A stretch of DNA of 64,000 nucleotides. Origin: Candidatus Saccharicenans subterraneus. GTDB taxonomy: Bacteria; Acidobacteriota; Aminicenantia; Aminicenantales; Saccharicenantaceae. Shown one piece after another: positions 1-13,157 of the stretch (the stretch's first letter is position 1; every line of letters begins with the position of its first letter). Made by a program: the position numbers and the translations under genes. The stretch covers positions 64,620 through 128,619 of the forward strand of contig QUAH01000009.1 in assembly GCA_003426165.1 (NCBI GenBank), given 5' to 3'. The notes under the pieces were generated by a model. That model was given only the letters and a program-made list of their open reading frames with translations, had not been told where the DNA came from and ran no database searches.

Positions 1-1165
1 TGAACATGGCCACCACCCGGTCAAACCCGGTCGGCAGATGGTCAGCAAAGTAGGTGGAACCTTGCAGTCCCAGTTCCTCGCCTCCGAACAGGACAAACAT
101 GACCGACCTCTTGGGCTTCGGGTTCAGGGAAGCAAAAGCCTTGGCCAGGATCATCACCACCGCCGAGCCACTGGCGTTGTCGTCGGCTCCCGGGAACAGC
201 AGGCCCAGGTGACGGCCGCAGTGGTCGTAATGGCCGCCGATGATGATCAGCTCTTTCTTGAGCTTTGGATCAGACCCTTCCACCCAGCCGGCGATGTTAT
301 AACCGGTGGAATCGGGGAAATGCCTGGAGCTGACCCGGTAGGATAGCCGGGCTTTCAGGTCGAAGGAAATCGGTCGCTTGTAAACTTGCAGGGCCTTCTT
401 CAATTCGGCCGTGGTGGAATTTATTTCCTTGAAGATCAGGTCGGCAGTTTTTTCGGTTATCATTCCCGGCATGAAACCGGGCAGCCAGTCGCCGTTGGGG
501 TTGGCCTGGGCTTCGGGATAGATGTAGATCAGGCCCAGGGCACCCTTTTCCCGGGCCACCTTCATCCTGGTCCGGTGTTCGTCGTGAGACTGGAACTCGC
601 GCCGGGCCGGGTCGGGTGTTCCCCGGAAACAGAGAACAAATTTGCCTTTAACTTCGACCCCGGCATAATCGTCATAGTTGAGTTCAGGCGCGGATATGCC
701 CCAGCCAGCGAAGACCAGGCCGGCCGTGTGCTCCCCGGAGTCCGAGTAAAGCAGGGGCAGGAAATCCTTTTCCGGTTTCAGTTCCACCGGTTCCAATTGA
801 GGCTGGCCGTCGCTTCCGGTCTTGCCGGGCAGGTGAAGAGTCATGGAGGCCTGGTCGATGACGGTGTGGGGAGAGGGATAGGGCTGGAGATAACCGTTCC
901 TGGCATCAAGAGGCTTAAGCCCCCATTCCTTGAATTTGGCTGCGGCCCAGCGGGCAGCCCGGGTATAGCCTTCATGGCCGGTCAGACGGCCGGCAAATTC
1001 TTCCGAGGCCATGGTCCTGGTGAGCTGGTAGGCCAGGAGCGGGTCTATGCCATCCACCGCCTTCTTGAGGCGGACGGGCAGCTCAGCAGCCGTCAGCCAG
1101 CTGAAAATTGTAAGCGGGAATACCAGGATTAGCGACAGATAGGTTAATCTCTTTTTAGTGTTCAT
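1..1165 (-). CDS. M28 family peptidase with PA domain, secreted. Partial: the C-terminus lies beyond the window start.
   Basis: Minus-strand ORF from ATG at 1165..1163 (revcomp atgaacactaaaaag) running off the left edge. It was translated by hand from the raw sequence and is not in the supplied ORF track. Translation MNTKKRLTYLSLILVFPLTIFS (signal peptide) ... GGHYDHCG ... FPGADDNASGSAVVMILA ... FGGEELGLQGS gives M28 zinc-aminopeptidase motifs. Paralogous to ORFs 3244..4791 and 53387..54943. The + ORF 386..1132 is its antisense shadow. Confidence 0.75.
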   Translation of the reverse strand, partial: MNTKKRLTYLSLILVFPLTIFSWLTAAELPVRLKKAVDGIDPLLAYQLTRTMASEEFAGRLTGHEGYTRAARWAAAKFKEWGLKPLDARNGYLQPYPSPHTVIDQASMTLHLPGKTGSDGQPQLEPVELKPEKDFLPLLYSDSGEHTAGLVFAGWGISAPELNYDDYAGVEVKGKFVLCFRGTPDPARREFQSHDEHRTRMKVAREKGALGLIYIYPEAQANPNGDWLPGFMPGMITEKTADLIFKEINSTTAELKKALQVYKRPISFDLKARLSYRVSSRHFPDSTGYNIAGWVEGSDPKLKKELIIIGGHYDHCGRHLGLLFPGADDNASGSAVVMILAKAFASLNPKPKRSVMFVLFGGEELGLQGSTYFADHLPTGFDRVVAMF

Positions 1166-1284
1166 GAGCCTTCTCTCAAATTAAATTTTAGAGGCGATTA
1201 TATCACATAACCGAATTCAGGCGGCAGGCAAAAGTGCCAGAATTTGAGCCAGGCTCCGGGAGAGGTTTAAGTCTGTCCCGGTCT

Positions 1285-1482
1285 TTATCTCTTCCGTCGC
1301 TTTTTCTTGCGGTTTATCTCTTTAAGAACAGCCGGGTGGAGGACTATGAAATAGTAGGCAGCCAGGAACACCAGCAAAACCGCTCCGGCCAGCCAGCGGC
1401 CCCTGACCAGGTTCCATATGGAATAGGATAGAAGCCCCAGGAACAGGGCCAGGTGAACAAAGGCGAACAGCCATTCGAACAT
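1285..1482 (-). CDS. small hydrophobic membrane protein (hypothetical)
   Basis: 65-aa ORF with two hydrophobic helices and a K/R-rich tail, co-oriented between the peptidase and cyclophilin genes. Function unknown. Confidence 0.3.
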   Translation of the reverse strand: MFEWLFAFVHLALFLGLLSYSIWNLVRGRWLAGAVLLVFLAAYYFIVLHPAVLKEINRKKKRRKR

Positions 1483-1531
1483 CGGTCCGGCCGGGAACAG
1501 CCTGCGATCCTAACGCCGGCTGTGGTTCAAT

Positions 1532-2104
1532 TTACTGAATCCTGGTAACAGAAATGATGATGATGGGTTCAACCGGGACGTCGCGGTACATGCCCTTGGT
1601 GGTGGTGGCCACCTCGGCAATGGCGTCGACCACTTCCATCCCCTGAATGACCTTGCCGAAAACGGCGTAACCGAATTTCTTGGGGTCGTTGGGCACGTGG
1701 TCCAGGAAGGGGTTGTCCACCAGGTTTATAAAGAACTGGCAGGTGGCGCTGTCGATCTCAGGGGTCCTGGCCATGGCAATTGTCCCGCGCAGGTTCTTTA
1801 ACCCGTTGTTGGCCTCGTTCTTGATCGGGGGCCGTTTTTCTTCTTTGGTCTGCAGGTCCGGGGTCAAACCGCCACCCTGGATCATGAAGCCTTTAATCAC
1901 CCGGTGAAAAATGGTACCGTCGTAGAACTTGTCTCCGACATAGGTCAGGAAATTCTTGACGGTAATCGGGGCCTTATCAGCAAACAGCTCGATCACGATG
2001 TCTCCCTTGCTGGTCTTCATCAGGATACGGGGATTGGCCGCCAGCAGGGAGCTGATGGAGAAGACCAGGAGCAGGCTGAAAAAGATGAAAATAACTTTGT
2101 TCAT
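1532..2104 (-). CDS. peptidyl-prolyl cis-trans isomerase, cyclophilin type, with N-terminal signal peptide
   Basis: Cyclophilin motifs HRVIKGFMIQGGG and FFIN. Hydrophobic N-terminus. GGAGG RBS 6 nt upstream of the ATG. Confidence 0.9.
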   Translation of the reverse strand: MNKVIFIFFSLLLVFSISSLLAANPRILMKTSKGDIVIELFADKAPITVKNFLTYVGDKFYDGTIFHRVIKGFMIQGGGLTPDLQTKEEKRPPIKNEANNGLKNLRGTIAMARTPEIDSATCQFFINLVDNPFLDHVPNDPKKFGYAVFGKVIQGMEVVDAIAEVATTTKGMYRDVPVEPIIIISVTRIQ

Positions 2105-2264
2105 TTTCTACCTCCGAATAAGAGCTTACGATACCAAATAAAATAAAAATAATCAATTTCGGGATTGACGGCCGAAGTTGACTCCAGAATTTCGGCTGCC
2201 TGGCGATAAGGCTTGACTTTCCCGGCCGGTGGTGGGATAAAATGACTGAAAAGGAGGCTGCGGC

Positions 2265-3095
2265 ATGCCAAAATCGGCAGTCAGGACACTCGGGTCACTG
2301 TTCATTTCCTTCATGGTCTTATCTTCTCCGCTGCTGGCGGATGGTAACCTGGAGTTTAATGTTCATTATTCCTACTGGACGCTGAACGTGGTCCGGGGCC
2401 TGGTGGAGAAAATGGTCAGCGATACCCTGGAGAACGACCTCAAGGACCGCTTCCTGCAGCAGATTCAGGCGGACTATCCAACCCTGGTCGAGAGAGGTTA
2501 CCAGCAGGATGTCAATTTTGATGCGCCGGGCCACAACATCGGGTTTGAACTCCGCTTTTATCCGGGAGGAAGGGGAGGAGCCTTTAGCCTCGGGCTGGCT
2601 GTCGAGCAGACCACCATGAAAATCTCTTTTCCATCGGTTACGGCCAGGCTGGACCTCGTCGACCTCAACCTGAACCAGACGGCTACTTATAACGGCCAGG
2701 CCGGAGGGGAATTCATCATCAAGCCGCTGTCCTTCCACCTGAACATGCGCTGGGAATTCCTGCCTTCCAAAGTTCTGTCTCCTTACCTGACCATCGGGGC
2801 GGGGATTTCCACCTCCAAGAGCTTTTTCGATGCCCGGTACCGGTACGAGTACAGCGGAACGCTCACCCTTCCCGACAGTTCCACCGAACAGTACTCCGAT
2901 TCCGATACCAAGACCCTGAGGCAGATCAAGGACGAGCGCCTGGCCGAGGGAAAGGACTTCCCGCTGAATTTCTTGCCGATCTTTCAATTCAACCTGGGAT
3001 TGAGAGCCAGGCTATCCCGGGCCCTGAACCTGGTGGCCGACGTCGGAATCTTTGACGGCTTTCTTTTCCGTGGAGGGCTGTCCATCAGAATCTGA
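2265..3095 (+). CDS. hypothetical secreted protein, possibly outer-membrane beta-barrel
   Basis: AGGAGG RBS. Signal peptide MPKSAVRTLGSLFISFMVLSSPLLA. Alternating hydrophobic pattern in the C-terminal third. No recognizable catalytic motif. Confidence 0.55.
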   Translation: MPKSAVRTLGSLFISFMVLSSPLLADGNLEFNVHYSYWTLNVVRGLVEKMVSDTLENDLKDRFLQQIQADYPTLVERGYQQDVNFDAPGHNIGFELRFYPGGRGGAFSLGLAVEQTTMKISFPSVTARLDLVDLNLNQTATYNGQAGGEFIIKPLSFHLNMRWEFLPSKVLSPYLTIGAGISTSKSFFDARYRYEYSGTLTLPDSSTEQYSDSDTKTLRQIKDERLAEGKDFPLNFLPIFQFNLGLRARLSRALNLVADVGIFDGFLFRGGLSIRI

Positions 3096-3243
3096 TCAGC
3101 GGTCCGAGTTTTCAGGTTGGGAACAGGCCGGACGGCCTTGGCCTCGGCGGATTGAAATAATAGCTAACCAGCGAGAAATTTTTTACTCCAGCCCTCAACC
3201 TGCGGTATTATATCCTCTTTATATTTAAGCAGGGAGAAGTGCG

Positions 3244-4791
3244 ATGAAACATCACTTCAGAAAAGCAGGCGCCTGGCTGATTGTTCTGATGCTGGCCCTG
3301 TACCTGGGACAGCTGGCCTCGCCGGCTCAAACTCGAATGGCGGATGACAGCCAGAAGTTGCTGCGGGTATTCCACACCATTTCCAGCAACACCCTTATTG
3401 AGTATGTCAGGGAGCTGACCTCGGACAAGTACACCGGCCGCCTGACCGGGACCGAGGGTTATAACCTTTCGGCCGAATGGGTCATCTCCAAACTGAAAGA
3501 GTGGGGCCTGGAGCCGGCCGGGGACAAAGGAACCTATCTCCAGGCTTTTCCCAATCCTTACACCCTGATCCTGGACAGGGGCGAGGTGTCCATGCATCTC
3601 AAGGTGGGGAAATCCGATCCGAAGACCCAGGCCACGGTTAAGAAATATTATCTTTATGAGGATGAATATTTTCCCGGCGGTACCTCGGCCTCGGGTGAAG
3701 TCACGGCCGAGGTGGTTTACGTCGGCTACGGCATCACCGCTCCGGAACTTGGTTACGATGATTACCGGGGCGTCGATGTTCGAGGGAAAATAGTCCTGAT
3801 GGAAAATGAAGTTCCCTACAGCCCGGACAAAGACCCGGAGACATTTAAGAAGTGGCGCCCCTATTCCTTCCACCAGTACAAGCTGCAGAATGCGGCCGCT
3901 CACGGGGCCAGGGGCATGCTGTATTATTACGGGCCGATCTGCAATCCCAACAATGATTACATCGAAGGCTTCCTCTACAGTCATGTCGGCCAGACAGTGG
4001 TCGACGATATCTTCGCCGGTACCGGCCGCACTTACCAGGCCACCGTGGAAAAAATCAGGACCGCCCTGAAGTCCCAGTCCTTTGCCACCGGCAAGGTCTT
4101 CACCATCAGGAACAAGACCGAACATCACCCTGAAGGTGTTGGCTATAACCTGCTGGCTAAAATAAAAGGGACCGACCCGGTGCTCGGGGAGGAAGTCATC
4201 ATAATAGGCGGGCATCTCGACCACCTGGGGCTTTTCCCGGAACTGATGCCCGGGGCCAATGACAACGCCTCGGCCGTGGCCGTCATGCTGGGCCTGGCCG
4301 AAGCCATCAGCAGATGCGAAATAAAGCCGAAGAGGACCATCCTCTTCGCCTTCTTTGGAGCCGAAGAACAGGGAGTGAAGGGCTCCGAGTATTACCTCCA
4401 GAACCCGGTCTATCCGGTGGAAAAAACCGTGGGGCTCATCAACATGGATGGCGTGGGTAGCGGGGAGCGGATTTTTGCTCTGGCCGGGAAGAATTTCCCC
4501 TGGCTGTATGCTCCCTTTGAAAAGGCCAACGCCGTCTACCTGCACCGGGAAATGGGCACCAATTACTGGGCCAACCTGACCCGGCCCAGGCTGGACGCGG
4601 CCCGGTTCATGGACAGGAATATCCCTTCGCTGTCATTCTCCACTTCGGGTCTGAGATTGCCATATCCCACTTACCATAACACCCGGGATAATCTCAGCCT
4701 GATCAATCCCGAAATGCTGGAGGATATGACCAGGCTGATGTTTCTGGCGGTTATGGAGCTAGCCAGCGCTCCGGCCGAAAGCCTTAAATAA
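3244..4791 (+). CDS. M28 family peptidase with PA domain, secreted
   Basis: Signal peptide. Motifs IIIGGHLDHLG and PGANDNASAVAVMLGLAEA and FGAEEQGVKGSEYY, which are M28 zinc-ligand and catalytic Glu-Glu motifs. Confidence 0.85.
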   Translation: MKHHFRKAGAWLIVLMLALYLGQLASPAQTRMADDSQKLLRVFHTISSNTLIEYVRELTSDKYTGRLTGTEGYNLSAEWVISKLKEWGLEPAGDKGTYLQAFPNPYTLILDRGEVSMHLKVGKSDPKTQATVKKYYLYEDEYFPGGTSASGEVTAEVVYVGYGITAPELGYDDYRGVDVRGKIVLMENEVPYSPDKDPETFKKWRPYSFHQYKLQNAAAHGARGMLYYYGPICNPNNDYIEGFLYSHVGQTVVDDIFAGTGRTYQATVEKIRTALKSQSFATGKVFTIRNKTEHHPEGVGYNLLAKIKGTDPVLGEEVIIIGGHLDHLGLFPELMPGANDNASAVAVMLGLAEAISRCEIKPKRTILFAFFGAEEQGVKGSEYYLQNPVYPVEKTVGLINMDGVGSGERIFALAGKNFPWLYAPFEKANAVYLHREMGTNYWANLTRPRLDAARFMDRNIPSLSFSTSGLRLPYPTYHNTRDNLSLINPEMLEDMTRLMFLAVMELASAPAESLK

Positions 4792-4952
4792 GCTTTCTCT
4801 AGACCGGGCTTGAAGACTCTTTGAACTATAACCTTTTTTATATTTATTTTTTGGCCAGAGCCTGAAAGAGAGGACTGCTCCCCTCACTGAGGTCGGAAGC
4901 CCCTGGCCTGCGGTCCTTAATTTTATGGTGAGACCTGCGGCCCTCAATTTTT

Positions 4953-5942
4953 TTAAAGGTGCAGTTCAACAGTATCCTCGTCGGTCAGCAGGTATTCCCT
5001 GGTCACCCGCAGGCCGTTAATCGTGCCCGGCTTGTTCCAGACCCGGGCGTAGTTGAGCTTCTCGGCAAAGTCCTTGTGAACCTGTCGGGCCAGGTCCATT
5101 ATGTTGCTGCCTTTTTTTAGGATGAAGGGAGAGTCATAATCTGGCTTTTTGCCTGGCACCTTGCTGTAAACCCTGACAATCTGTAGCAACTCGAAGACCC
5201 GGCGCCTCAAGTTTTCCAATCCCTCAGCCGTTACCGAAGACACCAGGAGCCGGTCCAGGGTTTTCCCGAAGAGTATATCCAGTTCCTCCAGGAGGTCTCC
5301 GCTTCCCGGAAGGTCACACTTGTTTAAGACCAGAAGAGCCCTCTTCAGGAACGGGAATCTATCCGGCGGGATGACTGTTTCTTCGGAAACAAGTTCAACT
5401 TTCTTTTCCTTGAGGCGATTGATGATCGTTTCCAGCTGGCCCGAAGAATCCGGGCTGCTGGCATCCAGTACCACCAGGACCGCCTCGGCCATTTTGACCA
5501 TCTCGGCCAGCCAGGATTCCATGAAATCGGCGGTGATGGGCGGGGTGTCGATGAGCTGTATTTTTATGTTTTCAAAAGGCATCATGTAGGGTGAGGCTGT
5601 CCTGGTGGTGAAGGGGAAGTCGGCCACTTCCACCTCCACTCCAGTCAGGGCCCGGATGAGGGCTGACTTGCCGGCGTTGGGCGGGCCGATGATTATGACC
5701 TGGCCGGCCCCGGATTTTTCAATCCTGAATAGCTGTCCCTTCCGGGCTGCCGGCCGCTGTTCGATTTCTTCTTTCAGCTTGGCAATCTTGGTACGGTACA
5801 GGGCTACCAGCTTTTCTGTACCCTTGTGCCGGGGAATGATGGACAGCAACTTTTCCATGATGGCAATTTTCTCTTCGGCAGTCTTCGCCTGGCGCAGGGT
5901 TTTTTCCACTTCGAAGTACTCTGGCGGCAGATTGGCCGGCAT
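4953..5942 (-). CDS. Obg-like/DRG-type GTP-binding protein with C-terminal TGS domain
   Basis: G1 motif GPPNAGKSAL, G3 DTPP, NKCD (G4), C-terminal TGS-like domain. GGAGG RBS. Confidence 0.8.
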   Translation of the reverse strand: MPANLPPEYFEVEKTLRQAKTAEEKIAIMEKLLSIIPRHKGTEKLVALYRTKIAKLKEEIEQRPAARKGQLFRIEKSGAGQVIIIGPPNAGKSALIRALTGVEVEVADFPFTTRTASPYMMPFENIKIQLIDTPPITADFMESWLAEMVKMAEAVLVVLDASSPDSSGQLETIINRLKEKKVELVSEETVIPPDRFPFLKRALLVLNKCDLPGSGDLLEELDILFGKTLDRLLVSSVTAEGLENLRRRVFELLQIVRVYSKVPGKKPDYDSPFILKKGSNIMDLARQVHKDFAEKLNYARVWNKPGTINGLRVTREYLLTDEDTVELHL

Positions 5943-8650
<2,708 letters not shown>

Positions 8651-8685
8651 CACGGTCATAGAGACTTGAGGGAAAGGTTGAACTG

Positions 8686-11265
8686 ATGGCCGCAAAAAAA
8701 CAAAAACCTGAACCAAAAAAGACCAGAAAAGAAAAACAGGAAAAGCCGGAAGAACAGCCCGAACAGACCAAGTCTTCTGGTCGGCAGCCGGAAGAGCCCG
8801 GGCCGGAACCCCAGAAAGCTCAGAACCCGGAGCAACTGGCCCCGATAGCCCAGAGCCTGTCCGTGGTCAGCCTGGAAGAGGAGATGAAGAAGTCCTACCT
8901 GGACTACGCCCTGAGCGTCATCATCGGCCGGGCCATCCCCGATATAAAGGACGGGCTGAAACCGGTTCACCGGCGTGTCCTCTACGCCATGTGGGAAACC
9001 AGCACCACCCACAATAAGCCCTATAAAAAATCGGCCAGAATCGTGGGTGATGTCATCGGTAAGTACCATCCCCACGGGGACGTGGCTGTCTACGACGCCC
9101 TGGTCAGGATGGCCCAGGACTTCAGCATGCGCTACCCGCTGGTTGACGGCCAGGGAAATTTTGGCTCGATCGACGGAGACCCGCCGGCCGCCATGCGGTA
9201 TACCGAGGTCCGGATGACCCGGCTGGCCGAGGAGCTGCTGGCCGACATCGAAAAGGACACGGTCAATTTTGTGCCCAACTACGACGAAAGCCTGTTGATG
9301 CCCGAGGTCCTGCCGGCCAAGTTCCCCAACCTGCTGGTCAATGGAGCCTCGGGTATTGCCGTGGGCATGGCCACCAACATTCCGCCCCACAACCTGGCCG
9401 AGGTCTGCGACGGACTGGTCTATCTCATTGACCATCCCCGGGCCAGCCTGGATGACATCATGAAATACATCCCGGGCCCGGACTTTCCCACCGGCGGTTA
9501 TGTTTTTAACCGGCAGAACATCCGCCAGGCCTACCAGGAGGGCAAGGGAGTCATCCACCTCCGGGCCAAGACCACCATCGAGCGGGCGGACAAAGGAGAA
9601 AGAGACAGGATAGTCATCACCGAAATTCCCTACGGCGTCAACAAGGCCCGGTTGCTGGAGAACATCGCCGACCTGGTCAACAACAAGAAGATCGAGGGCA
9701 TCGCCGACATCAGGGATGAATCCGACCGGGAAGGCATCAGGGTGGTGATTGAAGTCAAGCGGGGCGAGCTGCCGGAGATAATCCTCAATAATCTCTACAA
9801 GCACACGGCCCTGCAGACCTCTTTCGGCATCATCATGCTGGCCATAGTCGACAAGCAGCCCAAGCTGTTGAACCTGCTGGAAATGATGAACTACTTCATC
9901 GCCCACCGCCGGGACGTCATCATCAGGCGCACCAAGCACGACCTGAAGAAAGCCGAGCATCGGGCCCACATCCTGGAGGGCCTGCTGATAGCCCTGGATT
10001 ACCTGGATGCGGTCATCAACCTGATCAGGTCTTCCAAGACGGTGGAAGAGGCCAAGAACGGGTTGATGACCAGGTTCAAGCTGACGGCCATCCAGGCCCA
10101 GGCCATCCTGGAAATGCAGTTGCAGAGACTGACCGGGCTGGAAAGGCAGAAGATTGTGCAGGAGCACCGGGACCTGCTGGCCCTGATCAAGCAGCTGAAG
10201 CTCATCCTTAAGAACCCGGAAATGGTTCTCCAGATCATCAAGGATGAACTCAAGCAACTTAAAGAACAGTATAAAGATGAAAGACGGACTGAAATCAGGG
10301 ACGAGGTTATCACCGAGATCAAGGCCGAAGACCTGATCAAGGAAGAAGACGTGGCCATTGTCTACACCCAGTCCGGCTACATCAAGAGGACTTCCCTCAG
10401 TGCCTACCGCTACCAGAGCCGCGGCGGCAAGGGCCGGAAGGGAATTGAGATGAAGGCCGAGGACGTGGTGGAGAACCTGTTCGTGGGCTCCACTCATTCC
10501 TACCTCCTGGTCTTTACCAACCGGGGCCGGATGTACTGGCTGAAGGCTCTGGACGTGCCTGATGTCGGGCCCTCCGGCCGGGGCAAGGCCATCGTCAACC
10601 TGCTGGAAATGCAGCCGGATGAAAAGGTCCAGTCCATCCTGGCCGTGAAAGAATTCCGGGAAGACCAGTACGTGGTCATCATGACCGATACCGGCTTGAT
10701 CAAGAAAACCAGGCTGAGCGAGTTCAAGAACGTCCGCCGGGGCGGGATTATCGCCATGAGCCTGAAACCCAAGAGCCAGCTGTTCACCGCGGCCCTGACC
10801 GACGGCAAGAATGACATCATCATCGGCACCAGGATGGGCAAGGCCATCCGCTTCAAGGAGAAACTGGTCAGGCCCATGGGACGCCAGGCAGCCGGAGTCA
10901 AGGCCATTACCCTGAAGCCCAAGGACCGGGTCATCAGCATGATCGTGGTCGGGCCTGAGGATAAGTACATATTCACTGCCTCAGAACGCGGCTACGGCAA
11001 GAAAACCCCGGTCGAGGATTACCCGGCCCATAACCGCGGCGGGCAGGGTGTGATCAACCTGAAGATTACGGACAAAATCGGTCCGGCCCTGGCCATGGTC
11101 GGGGTTAACGAGGACGACCTGCTGATCATCACCATAAGCGGCAAGGTTATAAGAATCAAGACCACGGAAATCAGGCCGCTCAGCCGGGCCACCCAGGGAG
11201 TCAGGCTCATCCAGCTGGAGGATAAAGACCGGGTCTGCTCCATTGCCAAGGTCCGGGAAGACTGA
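8686..11265 (+). CDS. gyrA: DNA gyrase subunit A with an extra ~55-aa K/E/P-rich N-terminal extension
   Basis: [33 protein letters not shown] and the active-site Tyr region (AAMRYTE), plus C-terminal beta-pinwheel repeats. Follows gyrB by 35 nt. Confidence 0.95.
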   Translation: MAAKKQKPEPKKTRKEKQEKPEEQPEQTKSSGRQPEEPGPEPQKAQNPEQLAPIAQSLSVVSLEEEMKKSYLDYALSVIIGRAIPDIKDGLKPVHRRVLYAMWETSTTHNKPYKKSARIVGDVIGKYHPHGDVAVYDALVRMAQDFSMRYPLVDGQGNFGSIDGDPPAAMRYTEVRMTRLAEELLADIEKDTVNFVPNYDESLLMPEVLPAKFPNLLVNGASGIAVGMATNIPPHNLAEVCDGLVYLIDHPRASLDDIMKYIPGPDFPTGGYVFNRQNIRQAYQEGKGVIHLRAKTTIERADKGERDRIVITEIPYGVNKARLLENIADLVNNKKIEGIADIRDESDREGIRVVIEVKRGELPEIILNNLYKHTALQTSFGIIMLAIVDKQPKLLNLLEMMNYFIAHRRDVIIRRTKHDLKKAEHRAHILEGLLIALDYLDAVINLIRSSKTVEEAKNGLMTRFKLTAIQAQAILEMQLQRLTGLERQKIVQEHRDLLALIKQLKLILKNPEMVLQIIKDELKQLKEQYKDERRTEIRDEVITEIKAEDLIKEEDVAIVYTQSGYIKRTSLSAYRYQSRGGKGRKGIEMKAEDVVENLFVGSTHSYLLVFTNRGRMYWLKALDVPDVGPSGRGKAIVNLLEMQPDEKVQSILAVKEFREDQYVVIMTDTGLIKKTRLSEFKNVRRGGIIAMSLKPKSQLFTAALTDGKNDIIIGTRMGKAIRFKEKLVRPMGRQAAGVKAITLKPKDRVISMIVVGPEDKYIFTASERGYGKKTPVEDYPAHNRGGQGVINLKITDKIGPALAMVGVNEDDLLIITISGKVIRIKTTEIRPLSRATQGVRLIQLEDKDRVCSIAKVRED

Positions 11266-11345
11266 GGTCTGCCCCGGAAAAAGTGTTTGCTTTCGACCCG
11301 GCAATTTCTTAAAATCTGCCTGAATCCCATCCGAGGAGGCTAAGA

Positions 11346-13157
11346 ATGATTGAGACTTTAGCCCAGCTATTTTTAAATACGGTCAGGGAATACCGGAAAC
11401 CGGACCTGATGCTCTATAAAAAAGAGGGTAAGTACGTCCCGATTTCCACGGCCGAATTCGAAAGAACCGTGGTCCATCTGGCCCTGGCCCTCAACCATCT
11501 CGGTTTCAGGAAGGGCGACAAGCTGGTCATCCTGTCCGAAAACAGACCCGAATGGGTGATGACCGATTTTGCCACCATCTGCCAGGGTGGCCTGACCGTT
11601 CCCATTTATACTTCCCTTACTGCCCAGCAGGCCGAGTACATCATCCAGGATTCTGATGCCTCGGTGGTGGTGGTCTCGAACCCTGAACAGCGGGCCAAGA
11701 TCGAAGCCATAAAGGGCAACCTGGGAAGAGTCCGGCACTTTATCACCTTCGAACCGGAAAAGGTCCCGGGTTTTATGAACCTGGCCGAGCTGCTGGAAAT
11801 TGGCCAGAAGAAAGCTGCCGAGAACCCCGAACTCTTCACCAGCCTGGCCGCGGCCATCCTGCCCGAGGACGAGGCTTCGCTCATCTATACGTCTGGAACC
11901 ACCGGGTATCCCAAGGGAGTTATCCTGACCCATCATAATTTTATTTCTAACGTTAAGACCTGCGTGGCCCTGTTCGACATCTCCTCCCGCGACACGGTCC
12001 TGTCGTTCCTGCCCCTGTCCCACGTCCTGGAACGAATGGTCATGTTTGCCTATATCTATGCCGGGACCACCATCGGTTTTGCCGAGAGCATAGATACCGT
12101 GGCCCAGAACCTGCTCGAGGTCAGGCCCAATATCATGGTCAGCGTCCCCCGGGTGTTCGAAAAAATCTATGCCAGGGTGATGGACAACGTCCTGACCAGT
12201 TCCACCCTGAAGAAAAAGATATTTTTCTGGGCGTATAGAGTTGGCAAAAAGTATGCCCAGAAAGACCTGGCCGGAGAAAAGATTCCGGCCCTGTTAAAGC
12301 TTAAACGGAAAATCGCCCACAAGCTGGTCTTCAGCAAGATAATCGAGCGAACCGGCGGCCGGGTCCGGTTCTTCATTTCGGGCGGGGCTCCGCTGGCCAA
12401 GGATATTGCTGAGTTTTTCTATGCCCTCGGCCTGGTTATCTATGAGGGCTACGGGCTGACCGAAACTGCCCCGGTCCTGACCGTCAACCGCCCGGGAGCC
12501 ATCAGGTTTGGCACGGTGGGTAAACCCATCCCAGAGGTTGAGCTCAAGATAGCCCCCGACGGGGAAATCCTGGCCAGGGGTCCCAACGTTATGAAGGGCT
12601 ACTACAAGAAAGAAGCCGAGACCCGGGAGGTGTTCGAGGGGGGCTGGTTCCATACCGGTGACATCGGCCACCTGGACGAGGACGGCTTCCTGGTTATAAC
12701 CGATAGGAAGAAGGACCTGATCGTCACTTCCGGCGGAAAGAACGTGGCCCCGCAGCCCATTGAAAACCTTCTCAAGACCTGCCCCTACATCAGCACGGTG
12801 GTGGTCATAGGAGACAAGAGGCGTTTCATTTCAGCCCTGGTGGTCCCCAACTTCGAGAAACTGGAAGAGCTGGCCAAAAGCCGCGGGCTGACCTTTGCCG
12901 ACCGCCGGGAACTGGTCAAGAACCCGGAAATAGTGGCTTTCATCCAGGCCGAGATTGACCGGGCCACTGCCGGAATGGCTTCCTACGAAAAAATCAAGAA
13001 AGTGGCCCTGCTGGACAGGGAACTTGAGATTGAAAAGGGTGAGATCACGCCCACTCTCAAGGTCAGAAGGGCGGCCATAGAAAACCGTTACCGGGAACTG
13101 ATCGAAAGCCTTTACCGGGAGGATTCTTCGGCTTCTTCTTTGGATTCTTCCGAATAG
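11346..13157 (+). CDS. long-chain fatty-acid--CoA ligase (AMP-binding enzyme family)
   Basis: AMP-binding motif LIYTSGTTGYPKGV, also YGLTE and TGDIG..DEDGF. GGAGG RBS. Confidence 0.85.
   Translation: MIETLAQLFLNTVREYRKPDLMLYKKEGKYVPISTAEFERTVVHLALALNHLGFRKGDKLVILSENRPEWVMTDFATICQGGLTVPIYTSLTAQQAEYIIQDSDASVVVVSNPEQRAKIEAIKGNLGRVRHFITFEPEKVPGFMNLAELLEIGQKKAAENPELFTSLAAAILPEDEASLIYTSGTTGYPKGVILTHHNFISNVKTCVALFDISSRDTVLSFLPLSHVLERMVMFAYIYAGTTIGFAESIDTVAQNLLEVRPNIMVSVPRVFEKIYARVMDNVLTSSTLKKKIFFWAYRVGKKYAQKDLAGEKIPALLKLKRKIAHKLVFSKIIERTGGRVRFFISGGAPLAKDIAEFFYALGLVIYEGYGLTETAPVLTVNRPGAIRFGTVGKPIPEVELKIAPDGEILARGPNVMKGYYKKEAETREVFEGGWFHTGDIGHLDEDGFLVITDRKKDLIVTSGGKNVAPQPIENLLKTCPYISTVVVIGDKRRFISALVVPNFEKLEELAKSRGLTFADRRELVKNPEIVAFIQAEIDRATAGMASYEKIKKVALLDRELEIEKGEITPTLKVRRAAIENRYRELIESLYREDSSASSLDSSE

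Noticed and set aside
386-1132. 248-aa + strand ORF at the window start
   Set aside because: Its translation is low-complexity G/V/P-rich and lies exactly antisense to a well-supported M28 peptidase gene on the minus strand. Shadow ORF.
3208-4545. 445-aa minus-strand ORF
   Set aside because: Antisense to the M28 peptidase gene 3244..4791. No motifs and G/P-rich composition typical of shadow ORFs in GC-rich DNA.
4900-4952. Near-repeat CCTGCGGTCC / CCTGCGGCCC between convergent genes
   Set aside because: The two halves are direct, not inverted, so they do not form a terminator stem. Too short to call a repeat element.
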